Source: Candidatus Woesearchaeota archaeon (GTDB taxonomy: Archaea > Nanobdellota > Nanobdellia > Woesearchaeales > JAGVYF01). From it: a DNA stretch of 64,000 nt. A model generated the notes under the pieces. The model was not told where the DNA came from. It saw nothing but the letters and a program-made list of their open reading frames with translations, and made no database searches. Of this stretch, positions 10,004 through 19,679 are shown piece by piece. The stretch is from contig JAHFLT010000001.1 of NCBI GenBank assembly GCA_023264635.1, positions 35,307-99,306 of the forward strand, given 5' to 3'. The translations under genes and the position numbers were made by a program. Positions within the stretch are counted from its first letter, which is position 1; each line of letters starts with the position of its first letter.

Positions 10004-10543
10004 ATGGAGAAGCAATCAAAATTCCATACATTCCGTTTTCTTCTGGTTGCGTTCACAGCATATTTTGCAATAAATTGGTATGTTAAGAAGAGCGATGAGC
10101 CGTATAAAGAACCAGCATCGTTGTATGGCAGTCTTGAAGAAGCTATTGCTGGCCAGCTGCCCAGATATGGTTATGCTGCGGTGAAGATAGATGATACTAT
10201 TGGACCATATGACCCAGTCATAAAGGGAAAACAGATGCTCGGCTATGTCCATGATGATGCAGATACATTGCAGCTAGATGGGAAAGATATAGGCTACATC
10301 GTTCACGGTGTTGTCTATAATGCTGCTGGTAGAAAAGTGGCAAGATTGACAACAGGAGCTGTAGGTTATGAGATTTATTCCTATGATAACAAGAAACTGG
10401 GAACACTGACAGAAAAAAAACTTTTGAATTCTTCTGGTGCTGTGCTCGGAACGCTAGGTCCAAAGGCTGCTGTCGTTATGGACAATGGAGATAACTTAAC
10501 AGGGATTATCACAGGATATGATTATTCACGGAAGAATCTGTGA
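10004..10543 (+). CDS. Membrane-anchored protein with Tyr/Gly-rich repeats, co-operonic with Lon-like protease
   Basis: ATG 13 bp after the Lon stop, in frame with listed ORF 9833..10543. N-terminal FRFLLVAFTAYFAINWY transmembrane helix. Repeated G-Y/V motifs. Stop lies inside the target duplication of MITE copy C. Confidence 0.45.
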   Translation: MEKQSKFHTFRFLLVAFTAYFAINWYVKKSDEPYKEPASLYGSLEEAIAGQLPRYGYAAVKIDDTIGPYDPVIKGKQMLGYVHDDADTLQLDGKDIGYIVHGVVYNAAGRKVARLTTGAVGYEIYSYDNKKLGTLTEKKLLNSSGAVLGTLGPKAAVVMDNGDNLTGIITGYDYSRKNL

Positions 10544-10549
10544 GAGAAG

Positions 10550-10690
10550 GCTCCATCCAAAAATTCTCGCTCTCACTCGGCTCAGCGGCTTCTCGCCTTT
10601 GCATTTCCCAGATATCATCCCTTTGTCAGCACAAAATGAGCTACTGCTAAAGCTCGACCTTAGGCTGCTGAGCGCTTTTTTGGATGGAGC
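10550..10690. mobile_element. MITE-like non-autonomous element, type II, copy C (shares termini with the IS at 26799..27981)
   Basis: 141 bp. Termini GCTCCATCCAAAAAT...TTTTTTGGATGGAGC match the IS terminal inverted repeats. Perfect 10-bp target duplication GTGAGAGAAG at 10540-10549 and 10692-10701. Confidence 0.8.
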
Positions 10691-10849
10691 CGTGAGAGAA
10701 GAAACGAATAATGGGGAGAAACAAACTTTATTCTAATAGACAGCTTACACTAAAAAAAATCCCTCCCCGTTTGGGGAGAGTTTTTTCCTCAGAACTCAAA
10801 TCGGGGGTAAGAGGAGGAACATGAAAAAAAAAAGGAAAAAAAATTCCCA

Positions 10850-11917
10850 TTATCGCACTATCTCTATGCCCAGCTCGTGGCTTATCTGTCGTGATTCATA
10901 CTGCTGGTTGCGCTTATCCATTTTGCCCAGAATCCAAGGCGATCTCACTCCAGTGATGATAGTCATCACCGTGATCTTGCCTTTCATCTCATCGACAACA
11001 CGCGCGCCCCAGATGACATTTGCATCGTCATCCATGCTCTCTGTGACAAGCTCACCTACTTTGTTGATGTCAGCCAGCGTCATATCATGGCCGCCAACAA
11101 CGTGGATGATAGCGCCTGTTGCGCCTTCGTAGCTTATGTCCAAGAGTGGGTTAGACAATGCACCCTTTACCGCTTCTTCCACTCTATTGTTGGTATCTGA
11201 CGAGCCAACACCGATAGCTGCGACTCCACCATTTGTCATTATTGCCTTAACGTCTGCATAATCCAGGTTGACTAATGAGGGGATTGCAATGGTCTCGACA
11301 ATGCCTTTTATCATTGTAGATACAAGTTCGTTTGCCACTGCAAATGCCTGTTGCACTGGCAAGTTTCCAGCAATCTGCACAAGGCGGTTATTATCAATCA
11401 CCACAACAGTATCTGATACTTGACGCAGCTGTTGTAATCCAAATTCTGCTTTATCTACACGTGCACGCTCTATTTTGAATGGCATCGTTACAGTGCCGAT
11501 GACAATAGCTCCCAAATCCTTGGCTACCTGCGCGATGACAGGTGCACTTCCTGTTCCTGTGCCACCACCCATGCCTGCACACACGAAGACCATGTCCGAG
11601 CTCTTCAATGCTTCTTTTATTTCAGATAAGCTTTCTTTTGCAGATTCCGCTCCTTTTTCTGGGAACCCACCGCAACCAAGACCTCTGGTTGTGTCCTTGC
11701 CGAGCAGGAACTTCCTGTCTGCCTCTGTGAAACTCAAATGTTGAGCATCAGTGTTGCATGCGATTATTTCAGCGCCTTTTATTCCTTTCTTGTAGAGCCA
11801 TGCGACCATATTGTTGCCAGCGCCACCGCACCCTATAACTTTAATATTCGCTTGGCCAATAAGCCCTTCGAATTCATTGTCTTGTTTTTTCATTGCATTT
11901 TCGACGATATAATCCAT
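10850..11917 (-). CDS. ftsZ: Cell division GTPase FtsZ
   Basis: 355 aa. GGGTGTG tubulin signature (GMGGGTGTGSAP). N-terminal KVIGCGGAGNN. Confidence 0.92.
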   Translation of the reverse strand: MDYIVENAMKKQDNEFEGLIGQANIKVIGCGGAGNNMVAWLYKKGIKGAEIIACNTDAQHLSFTEADRKFLLGKDTTRGLGCGGFPEKGAESAKESLSEIKEALKSSDMVFVCAGMGGGTGTGSAPVIAQVAKDLGAIVIGTVTMPFKIERARVDKAEFGLQQLRQVSDTVVVIDNNRLVQIAGNLPVQQAFAVANELVSTMIKGIVETIAIPSLVNLDYADVKAIMTNGGVAAIGVGSSDTNNRVEEAVKGALSNPLLDISYEGATGAIIHVVGGHDMTLADINKVGELVTESMDDDANVIWGARVVDEMKGKITVMTIITGVRSPWILGKMDKRNQQYESRQISHELGIEIVR

Positions 11918-12272
11918 TTTCTACCCCTCCTTTCCTCCATTTTTGTTTCGCTAAACATAACTAACATCAACATAACTAACACCATCACCCTATTCATCAT
12001 ATGGTTGAAGTTGTCAAGTTGATGTTATCACTACCAAAAGCTTTAAATATATGTTTAGCCTAATCTTTCTCTAGAAAACAGCAAGTGTCACGCCAATGAC
12101 CTTGTATGCCTAACACCAATGTCAAATCAAGTTTTCCGCCAAGAGACTTGATTTTTTCTCAATTTTTTATGACTTCTTAAAGTAGAAAGTAATATTTAAA
12201 TATATCTGTGATAGGATATATAACATCTTGTTATTGAAAATAATTATAAAGGATTAATTTTTCCTCGATGAA

Positions 12273-13037
12273 ATGTTATGCTTAATCGGAATTGGATTAC
12301 GCGATGCGAACGATATCACGCTCAAAGGACTTGAGCACATAAAGAAAGCTGATGTCATCTACCTTGAAGGCTATACGTCGCTGATGCAATGCTCTGTAGA
12401 TGATTTGTCCACAGTATATGGAAAAAAGGTTACTCCATTGGGAAGACCAGAGATAGAAAGCAGCTTTATCCTCGATGAAGCGGAGAAAAAAAAAGTTGCC
12501 CTTCTCATCATTGGGGATCCATTTGCAGCTACCACGCACAGTTCCCTCGTCATGGAAGCGCGTGACCGTGGCATTTTTGTCGAGATTGTGCATAATGCAT
12601 CCATTCTTTCTGCCGTTGGAGAGACTGGGCTTTCGTTGTACAAATTTGGACGTGTTATTTCTCTCCTCTTTGGGGCATTGCCGGAATCAGTATATGATGC
12701 CCTATGTGCTAATCAAAAATGCGGTCTGCATACATTATGCTTGCTCGACATAAAAGTGGATGAGAACCGGTTCATGACGGTAAATGAAGGCATCCGGGCA
12801 TTGTTAGCATTAGAAGAAAAATGCAAAAAAAACCTTCTTTCATCAGTAATGCTCGCACTTGGTATTGCTCGTCTCGGTGGCAATGGCCAAGTCATAAAGG
12901 CAGGCACGTTTACAGAGTTGGAAAAAGTAGACTTTGGTCCTCCACCTCATTGTATTATTATTCCTGCATCAGAGAGACACTTTATAGAGGAGGGATGGAT
13001 TAGTCATTGGAGAAAGTATACTAGCGGTAGTAATTGA
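12273..13037 (+). CDS. dph5: Diphthine synthase (tetrapyrrole-methylase-fold methyltransferase)
   Basis: 254 aa. MLCLIGIGLRD...YLEGYTS N-terminus characteristic of Dph5. Confidence 0.8.
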   Translation: MLCLIGIGLRDANDITLKGLEHIKKADVIYLEGYTSLMQCSVDDLSTVYGKKVTPLGRPEIESSFILDEAEKKKVALLIIGDPFAATTHSSLVMEARDRGIFVEIVHNASILSAVGETGLSLYKFGRVISLLFGALPESVYDALCANQKCGLHTLCLLDIKVDENRFMTVNEGIRALLALEEKCKKNLLSSVMLALGIARLGGNGQVIKAGTFTELEKVDFGPPPHCIIIPASERHFIEEGWISHWRKYTSGSN

Positions 13038-13717
13038 TAGATATCACTTTCCGCTATTCTATTTGAAGGAACAAACAATTGGGATTATAGTAAATCCACT
13101 CCATCATGAAACTAATTCAGTGGATTTGCTAGATAACAAGTTAATTATTAGACAGTTCCAATAATTCATGAACTTGCTATAATTACTTTGTTTCTTTGTT
13201 ATAATCATTCTTGCAAAATTTTCATGTACTTTTGTTTACATGTTTGCAGTTCTCTGTTTTTTTCTCTCTCCCAGCTACGTTTTATAAAGGGATGAATAAG
13301 GATGCACAAACCATAACCAATGCCAAAACCAAGAAAACCTCCTGTGATTACTCCTCACAAAAAAAGAAGGCTGTTGTACTGAGAAGGTGCTATTCCTGCA
13401 CCAGGAAGTCCACCAAGTAAAGCCCCAACAAGCGAAAATGGTCTTGCACAAAAAACATAATTGATGTCATATTCTCAATAGTTTATTTTTATTTTTTCAT
13501 ATTCAATTAGATACTCACCATATTGTTGTTTTTTTTTTGGAAGAGATAGTGTTATCCCATGTGCTTGTAGTTGCTTTTTCTCTTAAAACTGTTTTTTCTA
13601 AAGGGGATTTTTTGTGCTGTACTCTTCATAGTATTTTACGATCACATCAAGTGATTCACGTTGGTTCATTTTTTCTTCAAAGGGATGTTTCATTTTTAAT
13701 TTTTGCTTATTTTTTAC

Positions 13718-14482
13718 TTATATAAAGTACCTAACTGCATTTGTGAAAATCTGTAAACCGGCACCTTCTTTTGGCAGGTTTTTAGTCCACAGAGGATGTT
13801 GGTATGTGTCAATGAATCGCTCAGGATGTGGCATTAATCCGAAGATTCTGCCACTCTCATCACAAATTCCGGCAATATCATCTAATGAGCCATTAGGATT
13901 ATAAGGAAATTCTCCTTTGGCAGAAAATCCATTCTTCGCATAGCGCAGGGCAATCATATCACGCTTAGTCAATTCGTTCACTGTATTATCTGACGCATAG
14001 AATCTTCCTTCTCCGTGTGCAATCGGTAACTCTATCTTGTCTATTCCCTGCGTAAAAATGCACTTTGATGAGCCAATGAGCTCAACCCATCTACATTCAT
14101 ACCGTGCACTTGTGTTGTGCGTCAATGCCACAGTCCGTGCGCCGTATTCCCCAGTAATGGCAGGAAGCAGCCCGAGGTTAGTCATCACCTGAAATCCGTT
14201 ACATATACCTATGATTAATTTGCCTACAGCAATGAACTGCAACAGTTCCTCCCACATAGTGTTGCGCAATCTGTTCGCCAAAGCCTTGCCTGATCCAGTA
14301 TCGTCTCCATAAGAAAATCCTCCGGGAAATGCTAAGAGGTGATATGTCTCTAATTTTTTTTTATTCTCGATTAATTCGGTGATATGCATCTGTTCTGTCA
14401 GAGCTCCAGCTCGTTCGAAGGCATATTTGGTCTCTTCATTGCAATTGATTCCATACCCAGTTAGCACAAGTGCTTTTACCAT
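13718..14482 (-). CDS. purQ: Phosphoribosylformylglycinamidine synthase, glutamine amidotransferase subunit
   Basis: 254 aa. Class I glutamine amidotransferase (ICNGFQ Cys, HPER His region). Overlaps purL stop. Confidence 0.85.
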   Translation of the reverse strand: MVKALVLTGYGINCNEETKYAFERAGALTEQMHITELIENKKKLETYHLLAFPGGFSYGDDTGSGKALANRLRNTMWEELLQFIAVGKLIIGICNGFQVMTNLGLLPAITGEYGARTVALTHNTSARYECRWVELIGSSKCIFTQGIDKIELPIAHGEGRFYASDNTVNELTKRDMIALRYAKNGFSAKGEFPYNPNGSLDDIAGICDESGRIFGLMPHPERFIDTYQHPLWTKNLPKEGAGLQIFTNAVRYFI

Positions 14483-17343
14483 TTATTAAACCTAACCTTA
14501 TACACCCTTTCAAGTGCAGTTAGAGTGGTATTAATGACAAGCTTGCTTCCATCGCGTACAAAAAACATATGTGGCGTAACGTACCCTATACGGAAATACA
14601 TACACTCGAGCATTTTCTCAAAGGCGCCTGCATTCTTCTGTGAAACACTTACAATGAATCGCCCGGGTGATTCTGAGAATAGTGTTTTATACTGTGGCAA
14701 ATGTAGTTGGTTTATGTCACCATGAACGCCTTTTCTCCCAGCGATTGCACATTTTGCCAGACTTACAGCCAGCCCACCTAATCCAACAGCGTGTGCACTT
14801 TCAACCAGACCTTGCTCGATTGCTTTCTCGAGTTTGCCATAAAGTTGAATTGTTTCATCTAACCTGACCATTGGAACATTCTTGCCGACAACATCATTCA
14901 TTGCATAATACTCTGAGCCGCCCAATTCATCTCTTGTTTTTCCGATAATATAAAGGACATCTCCTGATTTTTTGAAATCCATACTGATACATTTTCTGAT
15001 ATCAGAAATAATACCGATAGAGGAAATAAGTATCGTCGGTGGGATAGAAAGGGATATTTTATTTTCATATTCATCAAATCCTCTGAAATCATTATGCATG
15101 CTGTCCTTTCCGGATATGAAGGGGGTACCATACATTACAGCAGTATTATAGCATGCTTCAGCTGCACGTTTCAGCTGGCCCAATCTTTTTGGATCGTTAG
15201 GACTGCACCAGCAGAAATTGTCCAGCAGTGCTGTCTGTTCCAGCTTTCCACCAACAGCAATTATATTTCTAACTGCATAGTCAATGGCACAGGCAGCCAT
15301 CCAGTATGCGTCTATATCCCCATACGATGGAAAAATGCCCTGTGATAATGCAATTCCTCGATAGGAATCTAATAACGGCCTCGCCACAGTAGCATCCGCA
15401 TTAACCCTTCCTTTTCCAATGAGTGGTTTTAGCACAGAGCCACCCTGAACTTCATGATCATACTGCCGAGAGATAAATTCACGGCTGCATATGTTTGCAC
15501 GGTTGAGCATTTCTGTTAACACGTGTGTCAAATCTTTCGGCACTTTCAGTATGGGCTCTCTGTGCCTCGCAAGTTCATCGGTAGAAGCTACTTTCTTTTT
15601 GGGTAATCCATTGTGCAGAAAATCTAGTTCGAGGTCCATCACTGTTTCATTGCCATACTTTACAGTACATTTTCCACTGTGTGTAAATTTCCCGATAGTC
15701 GTTGCCTCTACTCCGTGCTTTTTCATTACACTAAGAAATGCCTCTACTCTCTCAGGAGGCACAGCAATTGTCATACGTTCCTGCGATTCACTCACCCAGA
15801 GCTGCCATGGCGCCATGCCAGCATATTTTGTCGGTATATTTTCCAATTGGACAAAGCAGCCATTGCTCTCTTTTGCCATCTCTGCAATAGAGCAGGACAA
15901 TCCACCAGCACCGTTATCTGTAATGCTATTATAAAGTCCTCTTGCTTCAAGCAAGGCGTCTGCCATTTTTTTCTGGGTGATTGGGTCTCCTATTTGCACT
16001 GCAGTAGCTGGACTTCCTGCATTGAGCGCTTCTGAAGAGAATGTTGCACCGTGTACCCCATCCACTCCAACTTTACCCCCTATCATCAAGATGTAGTCTT
16101 CGGGCAGTGCCTTTTTTTCGTGACTTGGTTTTCCTGCAACAGTTCGCGGGATGAACCCCACAGTACCTACAAAAACCAATGGTTTTGCACGATACTGTTC
16201 ATTAAAAAGCATAAATCCCTGTGTAGTGGGAATGCCTGAGCAGTTTCCACCAACACGCACTCCTTCAATAACTCCTTCCATGATTCTTTTTGGTGATAGC
16301 ATCAGAACATTTTTTGTGCGATAAAGTTTTTTATTATCTTCGGGTATTCCGAAACAGAAGCCGTATGTGTTGATAATGGGTTTTGCGCCAGTTCCAAAGC
16401 CAAGACAATCACGATTAACACCAAGGATACCTGTGATAGCACCTCCGAAGGGATCCAATGCAGACGGACTGTTATGGGTCTCTACTTTATGTGTAACAAG
16501 ATACTTGTCATCAAAAACTAGTGCGCCGGAATTGTCAACGAAAACAGATGGACAAGTCACATGTCCCCACTTCATGTTCAGTATCCTTTCTGTTGCTCCT
16601 TGGATATACGTCTTGAACAATCCTTCTCTATTATTCATTTGTGCTGCAAAAATTCGGTGCTTACAGTGCTCAGACCATGTTTGTGCAAGGGATTCAAGTT
16701 CAACATCAGTTGGCTTCCTTCCTTTGTTTCGGAAATAGTTTTGAATGGCTTTCATCGCATCTCCATCAAGAGCAAGAGGACCATTGATTCCCTTATTGCC
16801 TATTGCAACGAGTGCAGCATCGCTCACGTCCAAGTCAATGAGTGCTGCTGCAGTGGATTGTAATGGCATTTGTAAAGATACTTTTGGGATAGTAATGCAC
16901 AACGGCTCGTTTCTCTTCCTTATCGTAATTTTGTTAATAAGCGGATTGGCGAATTGGGTAGCTATTTTTTGGATCTCACTATATGTTCCACCAACAAGAT
17001 ACATTGTTTGTGAAGAATAGACATTCACTGGCATGCACAGGCAATCCTCAATTGTTTGGTGTGCAGTGGCGCCAATATTATCAGTAACTCCGGGCAAGAA
17101 TCCAACATCTACAACCCATTCAAAGTTGTGTATGCAGTAGTCATCAATGCTATACTTTTCTATAACCGGATTAATGAACAGCAAAGCACATTGCTCGAGT
17201 TGTTCCTTGAAGAGATTTTTATCTATTGTATATGTATCAGTCAATGCGATGATTCTGGCTTCTATGCCCAAACCAGTTATCTTTCTTTCTCTCATTGCTG
17301 CACGTGTATCTGTAATTATGGGAAAGACTTCAATACGGTGCAT
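14476..17343 (-). CDS. purL: Phosphoribosylformylglycinamidine synthase PurL with two N-terminal PurS-like domains (PurS-PurS-PurL fusion)
   Basis: Listed ORF extends to 17490, but its first 31 codons are MITE copy D, so the start is taken at the next ATG, 17343 (MHRIEVF). N-terminal about 150 aa carry two PurS-like units ending NPVIEKYSI and NPLINKITI. PurL core follows. Confidence 0.8.
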   Translation of the reverse strand: MHRIEVFPIITDTRAAMRERKITGLGIEARIIALTDTYTIDKNLFKEQLEQCALLFINPVIEKYSIDDYCIHNFEWVVDVGFLPGVTDNIGATAHQTIEDCLCMPVNVYSSQTMYLVGGTYSEIQKIATQFANPLINKITIRKRNEPLCITIPKVSLQMPLQSTAAALIDLDVSDAALVAIGNKGINGPLALDGDAMKAIQNYFRNKGRKPTDVELESLAQTWSEHCKHRIFAAQMNNREGLFKTYIQGATERILNMKWGHVTCPSVFVDNSGALVFDDKYLVTHKVETHNSPSALDPFGGAITGILGVNRDCLGFGTGAKPIINTYGFCFGIPEDNKKLYRTKNVLMLSPKRIMEGVIEGVRVGGNCSGIPTTQGFMLFNEQYRAKPLVFVGTVGFIPRTVAGKPSHEKKALPEDYILMIGGKVGVDGVHGATFSSEALNAGSPATAVQIGDPITQKKMADALLEARGLYNSITDNGAGGLSCSIAEMAKESNGCFVQLENIPTKYAGMAPWQLWVSESQERMTIAVPPERVEAFLSVMKKHGVEATTIGKFTHSGKCTVKYGNETVMDLELDFLHNGLPKKKVASTDELARHREPILKVPKDLTHVLTEMLNRANICSREFISRQYDHEVQGGSVLKPLIGKGRVNADATVARPLLDSYRGIALSQGIFPSYGDIDAYWMAACAIDYAVRNIIAVGGKLEQTALLDNFCWCSPNDPKRLGQLKRAAEACYNTAVMYGTPFISGKDSMHNDFRGFDEYENKISLSIPPTILISSIGIISDIRKCISMDFKKSGDVLYIIGKTRDELGGSEYYAMNDVVGKNVPMVRLDETIQLYGKLEKAIEQGLVESAHAVGLGGLAVSLAKCAIAGRKGVHGDINQLHLPQYKTLFSESPGRFIVSVSQKNAGAFEKMLECMYFRIGYVTPHMFFVRDGSKLVINTTLTALERVYKVRFNKW

Positions 17344-17398
17344 ACCCACCTGGGGAAGAACAACTACATAAAAATTGTGGATTTCAGAGGTAAAACAG

Positions 17399-17538
17399 GT
17401 TCCATCCAAAAAAGCGCTCAGCAGCCTAAGGTCGAGCTTTAGCAGTAGCTCATTTTGTGCTGACAAAGGGATGATATCTGGGAAATGCAAAGGCGAGAAG
17501 CCGCTGAGCCGAGTGAGAGCGAGACTTTCTACAGAGCC
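17399..17538. mobile_element. MITE-like hybrid element, copy D
   Basis: One end GGTTCCATCCAAAAAA (type II / IS-like terminus, 1 mismatch). Other end ACTTTCTACAGAGCC (type I terminus). Imperfect flanking repeat TAAAA(A)CA(A)G. Lies 55 bp upstream of purL start. Confidence 0.65.
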
Positions 17539-17636
17539 ATAAAAACAAGTAGATTTATAAATAGCACATTATTCTCTGCTCCCATAGAAGGTTTACGAAT
17601 TCTTCGTAAATACCTTCAAATTAGGTGAAAAACAAC

Positions 17637-17810
17637 ATGGGATTTGGCGGACAAGGTGGTGGCGGTTTTAGACGCAGCTTTGGTCCTCGTGAAATGCATC
17701 CAGCAACATGTGCTGCATGCGGTCAGGAGACTCAGGTGCCGTTTAAGCCATCAGGAGATAGACCAGTCTATTGCCGTGATTGCTATCAAAAGCAAAAAGC
17801 GCAACAGTAA
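17637..17810 (+). CDS. Small RGG-box / zinc-ribbon protein
   Basis: MGFGGQGGGGFRR Gly/Arg-rich N-terminus followed by CAACGQ...CRDC zinc ribbon. Listed ORF starts 17625 and an internal Met at 17637 also fits. Confidence 0.4.
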   Translation: MGFGGQGGGGFRRSFGPREMHPATCAACGQETQVPFKPSGDRPVYCRDCYQKQKAQQ

Positions 17811-17896
17811 ACGATAACGAGTCATTTTTCTCGTAATCACTGGTACATTTTTTTTTATTTTTTGTTTTTATTCTAGGTGCATATTGGTACCTATTT

Positions 17897-19657
17897 ATGG
17901 CAAAGAAGCTAAATTTATGTCCATTTGTAATCGTGGCATTTTTTGTTTATATTGCCTTTGCATGGCAAGTTTCTTATCAACCACTAAAATATGATGAAAT
18001 CTGGTTCTTGGAGAGCGCGCATACCATAAACAGGTTTGGTATTCCTTTATATTATTGGGGAGAAGACACTTCATACAAGTATGAAAATAATGCTTCATCT
18101 TCTTTAGTTTCTGGGCTAGTACATCCGCCACTTTATCCTTATGCATTAACACTTTTTTATAACCTCTTTGGTTCAAAAACCCAAACATTGAGACTCTTTG
18201 GCATGGTTTTCAATCTAATTTCTGTTTTTTTATTGTACTCCATTGCTCTTTCTCTTTGGGGGAAAGAAAGAGGGAAAAGAATCTGGTACATTGCAGCGAT
18301 ACTTTATTTTATCAATCCAGCACAAATATACCATTCATTAAATTTGGCAGTTGATACGGGTCTCTATCCCCTTTTCATTAATCTTTTTATTGCTGTATTT
18401 GTATCACAAATATCAGAAAAAAAAAAAATAACTATTCTCAGCATTATTCTATGGCTTGGGTTACTATCAAAATACACAACAATCCTCTTCCTGCCTATCA
18501 CGATGTGCATTTTCTTTCTCATGAAAAAAGAATGGAAGAAGATATTCTCTTTTGTTTTGCCGATCACGGGAGTTGGCCTCATCCTATGGATTACAACTTT
18601 TTCATTGTATGCACTACTATTCAATCAATCCTGGCTGTTCGTCCTGAAATTTACTTTGTTGAGCAGAATAATAGAAGCCCCGCTCACTCTGACTCATGGA
18701 CTTTTTAACATGGTGAAAAGTATAGCTTATAACACTTTATTGTTGACACCCCCTTTTTTTCTTCTTCTGTGTATGACTTCAATTAATCGGTTGGCCGCAA
18801 TCATTAAAGAGAAACTTAGTCCATTTGACTATATTACACTATTTAGTACTCTTGTTTTATTGGCGTATTCTCTAAAAGCTCCCAATTTTTATTATATTTA
18901 TCCATTATTCATTAGTTGGTCATTGATTATCGCTCATTATCTCGAGCCATATGTGCAATTCTCATCGAGAAAACAAATATGCTGCGCTATGCTTTACATA
19001 TCCCTCCTAATTACCTTCTTCGGTTTCTTATTCGATGATCCTTTGCTTTTGCTTCCGCGTGTGCTGCCTCTTAATCACAATACAGGTAGTCTTCTTCTCT
19101 ATCTCATTATGTATGTCATGCTCGCAGTTTTGCCAGTAGTTGCTTTTTTTTTTACGAAAGCAAAAAAAAATGTGCAGTGGTTGTTTTTTATTGCAATTGT
19201 TGGAGTATCATTAGGCGTTATTGTCCAACACTATTTTGCAGACTATTCAACGATTAACATCTATGGAGAAAGGGGGTATGAACAAACAATAGGATTTATG
19301 AAAGAGAGAGTCAATAAAAGTGAGGTGATTATTGCACGGTGGGATATTGGCTACCTTATTGGTACAAAATTTTATAGCGACGATGAATTTACCACGAAAA
19401 ACCTATGCGGCATTGATAACAAACAAACGAGGCGGCATACAAGCACTTGCGGGATTCTTAATGTCACATACCACCTAAACCAAAAAGAAATACTCTCTTA
19501 TGATAATGTTACGTATATAGTCCATTCAAAATTTTTTAGAGAACTTGATGGTGGGATTGAGCCGGAATTACAGAAAATAATTGATAGTGAGTATCAAAAA
19601 GAAGCTGTCTTTGGAGACTTTACTCTCTTTAAGAAAAGGCAAGAAAAGAATAGTTAG
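17897..19657 (+). CDS. Polytopic membrane glycosyltransferase, GT-C fold (ArnT/PMT-like)
   Basis: 586 aa with more than 10 hydrophobic segments. N-terminal region resembles the glycosyltransferase family 39/83 loop (YDEIWF...HPPLY). Confidence 0.5.
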   Translation: MAKKLNLCPFVIVAFFVYIAFAWQVSYQPLKYDEIWFLESAHTINRFGIPLYYWGEDTSYKYENNASSSLVSGLVHPPLYPYALTLFYNLFGSKTQTLRLFGMVFNLISVFLLYSIALSLWGKERGKRIWYIAAILYFINPAQIYHSLNLAVDTGLYPLFINLFIAVFVSQISEKKKITILSIILWLGLLSKYTTILFLPITMCIFFLMKKEWKKIFSFVLPITGVGLILWITTFSLYALLFNQSWLFVLKFTLLSRIIEAPLTLTHGLFNMVKSIAYNTLLLTPPFFLLLCMTSINRLAAIIKEKLSPFDYITLFSTLVLLAYSLKAPNFYYIYPLFISWSLIIAHYLEPYVQFSSRKQICCAMLYISLLITFFGFLFDDPLLLLPRVLPLNHNTGSLLLYLIMYVMLAVLPVVAFFFTKAKKNVQWLFFIAIVGVSLGVIVQHYFADYSTINIYGERGYEQTIGFMKERVNKSEVIIARWDIGYLIGTKFYSDDEFTTKNLCGIDNKQTRRHTSTCGILNVTYHLNQKEILSYDNVTYIVHSKFFRELDGGIEPELQKIIDSEYQKEAVFGDFTLFKKRQEKNS

Positions 19658-19679
19658 GATATGGCTAGAGCTACTGTGT

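Noticed and set aside
12030-12272. Possible ncRNA in the ftsZ/dph5 divergent intergenic region
   Set aside because: AT-rich promoter-like DNA without stable paired structure or conserved boxes discernible by eye.
13041-13717. Small ORFs 13211..13420 and 13537..13725 in the convergent dph5/purQ intergenic region
   Set aside because: Low-complexity, poly-T/poly-A rich region. A 44-aa Cys-containing internal ORF is possible but unsupported.
17344-17490. N-terminal 49 residues of the listed purL ORF, the first 31 MITE-encoded (MHFPDIIPLSAQNELLLKLDLRLLSAFLDG)
   Set aside because: The first 31 codons of the stretch are the reverse complement of MITE copy D, and the same peptide appears in ORF 10518..10736 from copy C. 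True start moved to 17343.
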